Assembly (NCBI RefSeq): GCF_000195955.2
Contig: NC_000962.3
Coordinates: 1,530,001-1,562,000 of the forward strand
Source of the DNA: Mycobacterium tuberculosis H37Rv
Lineage (GTDB): Bacteria > Actinomycetota > Actinomycetes > Mycobacteriales > Mycobacteriaceae
Direction of reading: 5' to 3'
Length of the DNA: 32,000 bases
Shown piece by piece: positions 11,994-19,151 of this stretch. A model generated the notes under the pieces. It did not search any database. It saw only the letters and a list, made by a program, of their open reading frames with translations, and was not told the DNA's origin. Within the stretch, counting starts at the first letter, position 1, and each line of letters opens with the position of its first letter. A program made the translations under genes and the position numbers.

Positions 11994-12878
11994 TCAGCCG
12001 GCGGCTGGTCTCTGGCGTTGAGCGTAGTAGGCAGCCTCGAGTTCGACCGGCGGGACGTCGCCGCAGTACTGGTAGAGGCGGCGATGGTTGAACCAGTCGA
12101 CCCAGCGCGCGGTGGCCAACTCGACATCCTCGATGGACCGCCAGGGCTTGCCGGGTTTGATCAGCTCGGTCTTGTATAGGCCGTTGATCGTCTCGGCTAG
12201 TGCATTGTCATAGGAGCTTCCGACCGCTCCGACCGACGGTTGGATGCCTGCCTCGGCGAGCCGCTCGCTGAACCGGATCGATGTGTACTGAGATCCCCTA
12301 TCCGTATGGTGGATAACGTCTTTCAGGTCGAGTACGCCTTCTTGTTGGCGGGTCCAGATGGCTTGCTCGATCGCGTCGAGGACCATGGAGGTGGCCATCG
12401 TGGAAGCGACCCGCCAGCCCAGGATCCTGCGAGCGTAGGCGTCGGTGACAAAGGCCACGTAGGCGAACCCTGCCCAGGTCGACACATAGGTGAGGTCTGC
12501 TACCCACAGCCGGTTAGGTGCTGGTGGTCCGAAGCGGCGCTGGACGAGATCGGCGGGACGGGCTGTGGCCGGATCAGCGATCGTGGTCCTGCGGGCTTTG
12601 CCGCGGGTGGTCCCGGACAGGCCGAGTTTGGTCATCAGCCGTTCGACGGTGCATCTGGCCACCTCGATGCCCTCACGGTTCAGGGTTAGCCACACTTTGC
12701 GGGCACCGTAAACACCGTAGTTGGCGGCGTGGACGCGGCTGATGTGCTCCTTGAGTTCGCCATCGCGCAGCTCGCGGCGGCTGGGCTCCCGGTTGATGTG
12801 GTCGTAGTAGGTCGATGGGGCGATCGGCACACCCAGCTCGGTCAGCTGTGTGCAGATCGACTCGACACCCCACCGCAA
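11994..12878 (-). CDS. IS6110 OrfB, DDE transposase domain (ATG-initiated part; the native OrfAB product extends upstream through a -1 frameshift)
   Basis: DLVQRRFGPPAPNRLWVADLTYVSTWAGFAYVAFVTDAYARRILGW...DNALAETINGLYKTELI, rve/DDE motifs. Confidence 0.96.
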   Translation of the reverse strand: MRWGVESICTQLTELGVPIAPSTYYDHINREPSRRELRDGELKEHISRVHAANYGVYGARKVWLTLNREGIEVARCTVERLMTKLGLSGTTRGKARRTTIADPATARPADLVQRRFGPPAPNRLWVADLTYVSTWAGFAYVAFVTDAYARRILGWRVASTMATSMVLDAIEQAIWTRQQEGVLDLKDVIHHTDRGSQYTSIRFSERLAEAGIQPSVGAVGSSYDNALAETINGLYKTELIKPGKPWRSIEDVELATARWVDWFNHRRLYQYCGDVPPVELEAAYYAQRQRPAAG

Positions 12879-12928
12879 ACCATCGGGGCCCTCGCGGTGG
12901 CCCTGATGATCGGCGATGAACCGGGTAA

Positions 12929-13255
12929 TTAGCGTGCTGGCCGGTCGAGCTCGGCCGCGAAGAAAGCCGACGCGGTCTTTAAAATCGCGTTCGCCCTTCG
13001 CAATTCGGCGTTGTCCCGCCGCAAGCGCTTCAGCTCAGCGGATTCTTCGGTCGTGGTCCCGGGCCGTGCGCCGGCATCGACCTGCGCCTGGCGCACCCAC
13101 TTACGCACCGTCTCCGCGCAGCCAACACCAAGTAGACGGGCGACCTCACTGATCGCTGCCCACTCCGAATCGTGCTGACCGCGGATCTCTGCGACCATCC
13201 GCACCGCCCGCTCACGCAGCTCCGGCGGGTACCTCCTCGATGAACCACCTGACAT
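12929..13255 (-). CDS. IS6110 OrfA (HTH, 108 aa)
   Basis: MSGGSSRRYPPELRERAVRMVAEIRGQHDSEWAAISEVARLLGVGCAETVRKWVRQAQ. Confidence 0.97.
   Translation of the reverse strand: MSGGSSRRYPPELRERAVRMVAEIRGQHDSEWAAISEVARLLGVGCAETVRKWVRQAQVDAGARPGTTTEESAELKRLRRDNAELRRANAILKTASAFFAAELDRPAR
12977..12984 (-). promoter_or_regulatory. Putative programmed -1 frameshift slippery sequence TTTTAAAG linking OrfA to OrfB
   Basis: Minus-strand reading of CTTTAAAA, located in the OrfA/OrfB overlap region. Confidence 0.8.
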
Positions 13256-13358
13256 GACCCCATCCTTTCCAAGAACTGGAGTCTCCGGACATGCCGGGGC
13301 GGTTCAGCCGCGCCGGCTGGCAACCGTTCCCGCTCGAGAAAGACCTGGAGGAATACCA

Positions 13359-14828
13359 GTGACAAACGACCTCCCAGACGTCCGAGAGCGTGACGGCGGT
13401 CCACGTCCCGCTCCTCCTGCTGGCGGGCCACGCTTGTCAGACGTGTGGGTTTACAACGGGCGGGCGTACGACCTGAGTGAGTGGATTTCCAAGCATCCCG
13501 GCGGCGCCTTCTTCATTGGGCGGACCAAGAACCGCGACATCACCGCAATCGTCAAGTCCTACCATCGTGATCCGGCGATTGTCGAGCGAATCCTGCAGCG
13601 GAGGTACGCGTTGGGCCGCGACGCAACCCCTAGGGACATCCACCCCAAGCACAATGCACCGGCATTTCTGTTCAAAGACGACTTCAACAGCTGGCGGGAC
13701 ACCCCGAAGTATCGATTCGACGACCCCAACGATCTGCTGCACCGGGTCAAAGCGCGGCTAGCCGAGCCAGCGCTGGCCGCCCGGATCAAGCGCATGGACA
13801 CACTCTTCAACGCCATCGTTGCAGTACTGGCCGTGGGTTATTTCGCGGTTCAGGGTGTGCGGTTGGTGGAACCGAGCTGGATGCCGCTGTGGGCCTTCGT
13901 GATTGCGATGGTTCTGCTGCGCAGTTCGTTGGCCGGGTTCGGTCATTACGCACTGCACCGCGCGCAACGAGGCCTCAACCGGGTTTTCAACAATGCCTTC
14001 GATCTCAACTATGTGGCCTTGTCCTTAGTCACCGCCGACGGACACACCCTGCTGCACCACCCGTATACCCAGAGCGAGGTGGACATCAAGAAGAACGTGT
14101 TCACGATGATGATGCGGCTACCGTGGTTGTATCGCGTTCCCGTACATACGATTCACAAATTTGGCCACATGCTCAGCGGCATGGCGATCCGGATCGTCGA
14201 CGTCTTCAGGATCACGCGCAAGGTAGGTGTCGAGGAATCCTACGGAAGCTGGCGCGCCGCGCTTCCACACTTCCTTGGATCGGCCGGGGTGCGCTTGCTT
14301 CTGGTGAGTGAATTGGTGGTCTTCGCGATCGCCGGCGACTTCTGGCCCTGGGCACTGCAATTCGTAGCGACGCTGTGGGTTAGTACCTTCTTGGTGGTGG
14401 CGAGCCATGAGTTCGAGGACGACACCCAGGGCGGTGCCGTCAACGGCGAGGACTGGGGCATAGATCAACTCGAGCACGCTAATGACCTAACGGTGATCGG
14501 GAACCGCTACGTCGACTGCTTCCTGTCAGCCGGCCTGAGCTCCCACCGAGTCCATCACGTGCTGCCGTTTCAGCGCAGCGGCTTCGCGAACATCGTCACC
14601 GAGGACGTTTTGCGTGAGGAAGCAGCGAAGTTCGGTGTCGAGTGGCTTCCCGCAAAGGGTTTCATCACCGATCGGCTGCCGAGGCTGTGTCGGAAGTATC
14701 TGTTGACGCCGTCGCGCCAAGCCAAGGAGCGTCATTGGGGTTTCGTCCGCGAGCACTGCTCGCCGGCGGCATTGAAAGCCAGTGCCAGCTACGTGGTTGC
14801 GGGTTTCGTCGGAATCGGGTCGGTATGA
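13359..14828 (+). CDS. Cytochrome b5-domain fatty acid desaturase (Rv1371-like)
   Basis: 489 aa from GTG 13359 with SD GGAGGA. HPGG (KHPGGAFFIG), histidine boxes HYALH, HTLLHH, HRVHH; membrane segments. Confidence 0.9.
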   Translation: MTNDLPDVRERDGGPRPAPPAGGPRLSDVWVYNGRAYDLSEWISKHPGGAFFIGRTKNRDITAIVKSYHRDPAIVERILQRRYALGRDATPRDIHPKHNAPAFLFKDDFNSWRDTPKYRFDDPNDLLHRVKARLAEPALAARIKRMDTLFNAIVAVLAVGYFAVQGVRLVEPSWMPLWAFVIAMVLLRSSLAGFGHYALHRAQRGLNRVFNNAFDLNYVALSLVTADGHTLLHHPYTQSEVDIKKNVFTMMMRLPWLYRVPVHTIHKFGHMLSGMAIRIVDVFRITRKVGVEESYGSWRAALPHFLGSAGVRLLLVSELVVFAIAGDFWPWALQFVATLWVSTFLVVASHEFEDDTQGGAVNGEDWGIDQLEHANDLTVIGNRYVDCFLSAGLSSHRVHHVLPFQRSGFANIVTEDVLREEAAKFGVEWLPAKGFITDRLPRLCRKYLLTPSRQAKERHWGFVREHCSPAALKASASYVVAGFVGIGSV

Positions 14829-16006
14829 ACGTCTCAGCTGAGAGCGGTGCGCCGCGCCGGGCCGGCCAGAGGCATGAGGTTGGCCTTGCCCAGTTGCCGC
14901 CGGCTCCGCCCACCACGGTGGCGGTGATTGAAGGGCTTGCGACGGGCACGCCGCGTCGGGTAGTCAACCAGTCCGACGCCGCCGATCGGGTCGCCGAGCT
15001 TTTCCTCGATCCCGGTCAGCGGGAACGGATTCCGCGGGTGTATCAAAAATCGCGGATCACCACGCGCCGGATGGCGGTCGACCCGCTCGACGCCAAATTT
15101 GATGTCTTCAGGCGGGAACCTGCGACGATCCGTGATCGGATGCATCTGTTCTACGAACACGCGGTTCCGCTGGCGGTGGACGTGAGCAAGCGTGCCCTGG
15201 CCGGCCTGCCATACCGTGCCGCCGAGATCGGGCTGCTGGTGTTGGCCACCAGCACCGGATTCATCGCGCCGGGCGTGGACGTTGCGATCGTCAAAGAGCT
15301 CGGGCTCTCCCCGTCGATATCACGTGTCGTGGTCAATTTCATGGGATGTGCCGCCGCGATGAATGCCCTGGGCACCGCCACCAACTATGTTCGTGCCCAC
15401 CCGGCCATGAAGGCGCTGGTGGTGTGTATCGAATTGTGCTCGGTGAACGCTGTTTTTGCCGACGACATCAACGACGTCGTCATTCACAGCTTGTTTGGCG
15501 ACGGGTGCGCGGCGTTGGTGATCGGCGCCAGCCAGGTTCAGGAGAAGCTCGAGCCAGGCAAGGTGGTAGTCCGCAGTAGTTTCAGTCAGCTGCTCGACAA
15601 CACCGAAGACGGTATCGTGCTTGGCGTCAATCACAACGGCATCACCTGCGAGCTGTCGGAGAATCTCCCCGGCTACATCTTCAGCGGGGTCGCACCGGTG
15701 GTGACAGAGATGTTATGGGACAATGGATTACAGATATCCGATATCGATCTCTGGGCGATCCATCCGGGTGGCCCCAAGATCATCGAGCAGTCGGTGCGCT
15801 CGCTGGGGATCTCCGCGGAGCTGGCGGCGCAGAGCTGGGACGTGCTCGCCCGCTTCGGCAACATGCTCAGCGTATCGCTTATCTTTGTGCTAGAGACGAT
15901 GGTGCAGCAGGCGGAGTCGGCCAAAGCCATCTCGACGGGGGTGGCGTTCGCGTTCGGGCCGGGCGTCACTGTCGAAGGCATGCTGTTCGACATCATCCGA
16001 CGGTGA
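14825..16006 (+). CDS. pks18: Type III polyketide synthase (alkylpyrone synthase)
   Basis: ATGA overlap with upstream stop; 393 aa; chalcone synthase-like ([17 protein letters not shown] active-site Cys; [15 protein letters not shown]; [13 protein letters not shown]). Confidence 0.95.
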   Translation: MNVSAESGAPRRAGQRHEVGLAQLPPAPPTTVAVIEGLATGTPRRVVNQSDAADRVAELFLDPGQRERIPRVYQKSRITTRRMAVDPLDAKFDVFRREPATIRDRMHLFYEHAVPLAVDVSKRALAGLPYRAAEIGLLVLATSTGFIAPGVDVAIVKELGLSPSISRVVVNFMGCAAAMNALGTATNYVRAHPAMKALVVCIELCSVNAVFADDINDVVIHSLFGDGCAALVIGASQVQEKLEPGKVVVRSSFSQLLDNTEDGIVLGVNHNGITCELSENLPGYIFSGVAPVVTEMLWDNGLQISDIDLWAIHPGGPKIIEQSVRSLGISAELAAQSWDVLARFGNMLSVSLIFVLETMVQQAESAKAISTGVAFAFGPGVTVEGMLFDIIRR

Positions 16007-16011
16007 CCGCC

Positions 16012-16992
16012 ATGAATTCAGAACACCCGATGACCGACCGGGTTGTGTATCGATCGTTGATGGCCGACAACCTGCGATGGGATGCCCTGCAATTGCGCGA
16101 CGGCGACATCATTATCTCGGCGCCGTCCAAGAGCGGCCTGACCTGGACACAGCGCCTGGTGTCCCTGCTGGTGTTCGACGGGCCCGACTTGCCCGGACCC
16201 TTGTCGACGGTGTCCCCGTGGCTCGACCAGACCATTCGGCCCATCGAGGAAGTGGTCGCTACTCTCGATGCCCAGCAGCACCGCCGGTTCATCAAGACCC
16301 ACACGCCGTTGGACGGCCTGGTGCTCGACGACCGCGTCAGCTACATCTGCGTAGGACGCGACCCGCGCGATGCCGCGGTGTCAATGCTGTACCAATCGGC
16401 CAACATGAACGAAGACCGGATGCGGATTCTGCACGAGGCCGTAGTGCCGTTTCACGAGCGAATCGCCCCCCCGTTTGCGGAACTCGGTCATGCGCGCAGC
16501 CCGACCGAGGAGTTCCGGGATTGGATGGAGGGGCCGAATCAGCCTCCCCCTGGCATAGGTTTCACACATCTGAAGGGGATCGGCACTCTGGCCAACATCC
16601 TGCACCAGCTAGGCACGGTATGGGTCCGCCGTCACCTACCCAACGTGGCCTTGTTTCATTACGCCGATTACCAGGCGGACTTGGCGGGCGAGCTGCTCCG
16701 GCCGGCAAGGGTCCTCGGTATCGCCGCGACCCGCGATCGAGCCCGGGACCTGGCGCAGTACGCCACGCTGGATGCGATGCGCTCCCGCGCGTCAGAAATC
16801 GCTCCTAACACCACCGACGGCATCTGGCACAGTGACGAGCGTTTCTTCCGCCGGGGCGGGAGTGGCGACTGGCAGCAGTTCTTCACCGAAGCCGAGCACC
16901 TGCGCTACTACCACCGCATCAACCAGCTGGCGCCACCTGATCTGCTGGCCTGGGCACACGAGGGCCGCCGGGGATACGACCCGGCCAACTGA
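16012..16992 (+). CDS. PAPS-dependent sulfotransferase (Rv1373-like)
   Basis: 326 aa from ATG 16012; 5'-PSB loop [16 protein letters not shown]; [15 protein letters not shown]; [23 protein letters not shown]. Confidence 0.92.
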   Translation: MNSEHPMTDRVVYRSLMADNLRWDALQLRDGDIIISAPSKSGLTWTQRLVSLLVFDGPDLPGPLSTVSPWLDQTIRPIEEVVATLDAQQHRRFIKTHTPLDGLVLDDRVSYICVGRDPRDAAVSMLYQSANMNEDRMRILHEAVVPFHERIAPPFAELGHARSPTEEFRDWMEGPNQPPPGIGFTHLKGIGTLANILHQLGTVWVRRHLPNVALFHYADYQADLAGELLRPARVLGIAATRDRARDLAQYATLDAMRSRASEIAPNTTDGIWHSDERFFRRGGSGDWQQFFTEAEHLRYYHRINQLAPPDLLAWAHEGRRGYDPAN

Positions 16993-17093
16993 GGTTCAGT
17001 GCCGCATTCTCTCCTGTCAGTTGCTGCACTTTAGACGCTCAATGCGCTGCGACAACATTAAATGTCAGCAGTCACACCCAGTGTGGGGGAAAT

Positions 17094-17123
17094 TTGCATA
17101 TGCGATTTAGTTGTGTGTAGCTT
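17094..17123 (+). promoter_or_regulatory. Putative promoter of peptide cassette A: TTGCAT - 18 nt - TAGCTT
   Basis: -35-like 17094-17099, -10-like 17118-17123 (TANNNT). The same arrangement recurs ahead of cassette B. Confidence 0.55.
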
Positions 17124-17161
17124 GTTTTGCTGTCTGTACGACTGCACCGAGGGGTGAGCGC

Positions 17162-17248
17162 GTGTCGCACGAAAGTCTGTTCGAAGAAAGCGAAGCGCCC
17201 TACGCGGCGCTGTGCGTAGTTGCCAACTTCACGACAGACGGCGAGTGA
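17162..17248 (+). CDS. Candidate RiPP precursor peptide 1 (28 aa): MSHESLFEESEAPYAALCVVANFTTDGE
   Basis: GTG start, GAGGGG SD at about -8; aligns gaplessly over 18 residues with three neighbouring peptides; upstream of YcaO-TfuA. Confidence 0.75.
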   Translation: MSHESLFEESEAPYAALCVVANFTTDGE

Positions 17249-17302
17249 GCAGGCGCTCATCACCAGGGCTACGAGCCCAGCACAGGGGACGCGGTGAAGC
17301 GC

Positions 17303-17374
17303 ATGTCCCACGAATCCGTGTTCCAACAGAGTGAAGCGCTCTACACGGCATATTTTTCGCCCAACGGCGAATGA
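17303..17374 (+). CDS. Candidate RiPP precursor peptide 2 (23 aa): MSHESVFQQSEALYTAYFSPNGE
   Basis: ATG start (in-frame GTG at 17294 possible); same SHES.F..SEA.Y.A pattern as peptide 1. Confidence 0.75.
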   Translation: MSHESVFQQSEALYTAYFSPNGE

Positions 17375-17400
17375 GCGAGCGCCGATCGGTGCGTTAGGCC

Positions 17401-17416
17401 GGGCGGGCGACCGCCC
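17401..17416 (+). terminator. Short stem-loop GGGCGG-GCGA-CCGCCC, 26 nt after peptide 2; possible terminator/processing element of cassette A
   Basis: Perfect 6-bp GC stem with GNRA tetraloop; no U-tract. Confidence 0.45.
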
Positions 17417-17562
17417 CCGTCGCCCCTTTAAGTGCGCATGTGCGTAGTCCAGTCGAGGGTCGGGAGCTGGCCCAGTGCCCCAAGATGCGATGCGGCTGGC
17501 CACATTCTCATCCGCAACGCTAGTTACCACAAGTCACACCATACCCATTTTGGCAGAAACTA

Positions 17563-17591
17563 TTGCACATACAGATAATTGTCGGTAGCTT
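17563..17591 (+). promoter_or_regulatory. Putative promoter of peptide cassette B: TTGCAC - 17 nt - TAGCTT
   Basis: -35-like 17563-17568, -10-like 17586-17591; shares GTAGCTTGTyTTGC with promoter A, plus an upstream AGTCACACC in both (17070-17078, 17532-17540). Confidence 0.6.
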
Positions 17592-17625
17592 GTCTTGCGG
17601 TGCAGAGAACGGAGGAGGGAATCGC

Positions 17626-17709
17626 GTGCCCCACGAAATCTTGTTTGACGCGGACGAAAAGGCATTCTCGGCGTTTTGCATTATCTCGTTTACGACCGAC
17701 AGCGAGTGA
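17626..17709 (+). CDS. Candidate RiPP precursor peptide 3 (27 aa): MPHEILFDADEKAFSAFCIISFTTDSE
   Basis: GTG start with strong SD GGAGGAGGG; Cys18 and FTTD(G/S)E C-terminus shared with peptide 1. Confidence 0.78.
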   Translation: MPHEILFDADEKAFSAFCIISFTTDSE

Positions 17710-17760
17710 AGCTGCGGTCATCGGGGGCGCCACTCCCAGAGAGGAGAGGAGGTGAATCGC

Positions 17761-17835
17761 ATGTCACAGGAAACCTTGTTCCAAGAAAGCCAAGCGCTCT
17801 ACGCCGCGTATTTCTTTGCGGCCGACGGTGAATGA
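17761..17835 (+). CDS. Candidate RiPP precursor peptide 4 (24 aa): MSQETLFQESQALYAAYFFAADGE
   Basis: ATG with SD GAGGAGAGGAGG; close match to peptide 2; TGA stop overlaps the ATG of the YcaO gene (ATGA). Confidence 0.8.
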   Translation: MSQETLFQESQALYAAYFFAADGE

Positions 17836-19151
17836 CCGGTCGCCGATTGGCGCGATTCCCCGCATTCAGGGCTGGCGTAGCGCAAGACGATGACGTGGGG
17901 TCGACCCTGAGTCAGGGCTCGACGACAGGTGTGTTGTCGGGCCCGAATTGGTCGTACTGGCCAAGCCGTGTATTAGGGTCTGCGGACCCGACGACGATCG
18001 CTCACCGGCACGGCACCCACCGCATCACTAGCCCGGACGAGACCTGGCTGGCCCTGCAGCCCTTTCTCGCGCCAGCAGGCATTACCGGGGTCGCCGACGT
18101 GACATGGCTGGATTGTCTTGGCATTCCAACGGTTCAGGCGGTGCGCCCGGCATCGCTGACGTTGTCGGTCAGCCAGGGCAAAGCCGCCAGCTATCGGGCT
18201 GCCCAGGTCTCGGCGGTGATGGAGTCCTTGGAGGGATGGCACGCCGAGAACGTCACTGCCGACTTGTGGTCTGCGACCGCCCGGGATCTCGAGGCAGACC
18301 TGACTTACGACCCCGCCCAACTTCGCCACCGGCCGGGCAGCCTCTACCACGCCGGCGTCAAGCTCGATTGGATGGTCGCGACGACGTTGCTGACCGGTCG
18401 CCGGACCTGGGTACCGTGGACGGCGGTGCTGGTGAACGTGGCAACCCGCGATTGCTGGGAACCGCCGATGTTCGAGATGGACACCACCGGACTGGCCTCC
18501 GGCAACTGCTACGACGAGGCCACCTTGCACGCCTTGTACGAGGTGATGGAGCGGCATAGCGTGGCTGCAGCGGTCGCCGGAGAGACCATGTTCGAGGTGC
18601 CAACTGACGATGTCGCCGGCTCTGACAGCGCCCACCTGGTTGAGATGATCCGTGACGCCGGGGACGATGTGGACCTTGCCCGCATCGATGTCTGGGACGG
18701 TTACTACTGTTTTGCCGCCGAGCTCACCTCCGCGACGCTGGAGGTGACCTTCGGCGGGTTCGGGTTACACCACGACCCTAACGTGGCGTTATCGCGGGCG
18801 ATCACCGAAGCCGCCCAGTCGCGCATCACGGCAATCAGCGGAGCCCGCGAGGACCTCCCGTCGGCGATCTACCACCGGTTCGGCCGGGTGCATACATACG
18901 CGAAGGCGCGAAAGACGTCGTTGCGGCTGAACCGCGCGCGGCCGACACCGTGGCGGGTGCCCGATGTCGACTCGCTGCCCGAGTTGGTGGCGTCGGCGGC
19001 GACGGCGGTGGCCAACCGATCCGGCACCGAGCCGCTGGCGGTCGTGTGCGACTTCGCCGATGCCTGTGTCCCCGTGGTGAAGGTGCTCGCCCCGGGCCTC
19101 GTGCTGTCGAGCGCATCGCCGATGCGCACACCCCTACAGGAGGCTGAATGA
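17832..19151 (+). CDS. YcaO-domain protein (Rv1375-like), ATP-dependent backbone amide-activating enzyme
   Basis: 439 aa; ...SQGKAASYRAAQVSAVMESLEGWHAEN..., SGNCYDEATLHALYEVMERHS, NVALSRAITEAAQSRITAISGAREDL, YcaO nucleotide/Mg-binding signatures. Confidence 0.92.
   Translation: MTGRRLARFPAFRAGVAQDDDVGSTLSQGSTTGVLSGPNWSYWPSRVLGSADPTTIAHRHGTHRITSPDETWLALQPFLAPAGITGVADVTWLDCLGIPTVQAVRPASLTLSVSQGKAASYRAAQVSAVMESLEGWHAENVTADLWSATARDLEADLTYDPAQLRHRPGSLYHAGVKLDWMVATTLLTGRRTWVPWTAVLVNVATRDCWEPPMFEMDTTGLASGNCYDEATLHALYEVMERHSVAAAVAGETMFEVPTDDVAGSDSAHLVEMIRDAGDDVDLARIDVWDGYYCFAAELTSATLEVTFGGFGLHHDPNVALSRAITEAAQSRITAISGAREDLPSAIYHRFGRVHTYAKARKTSLRLNRARPTPWRVPDVDSLPELVASAATAVANRSGTEPLAVVCDFADACVPVVKVLAPGLVLSSASPMRTPLQEAE

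Larger units (their letters stand above)
11952..13306 (-). mobile_element. IS6110 (IS3 family), complete, 1355 bp, transposase on the minus strand
   Basis: Imperfect terminal inverted repeats TGAACCGCCCCGGTGAGTCCGGAGACTC (11952..) and GAGTCTCCGGACATGCCGGGGCGGTTCA (..13306); 3-bp direct repeat GCC on both sides (11949-11951 and 13307-13309). Confidence 0.98.

Noticed and set aside
17401-17416. Canonical Rho-independent terminator after peptide 2
   Set aside because: The hairpin is real but short and lacks a U-tract, so it is listed only as a low-confidence terminator/processing element.
17162-17835. Interpretation of the four micropeptides as a toxin (type I) family
   Set aside because: They are acidic, lack a transmembrane segment of sufficient length, and are directly coupled to YcaO-TfuA; precursor-peptide role is more economical.
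17973-18635. 220-aa minus ORF opposite the YcaO gene
   Set aside because: Shadow ORF; the YcaO motifs on the + strand are decisive.
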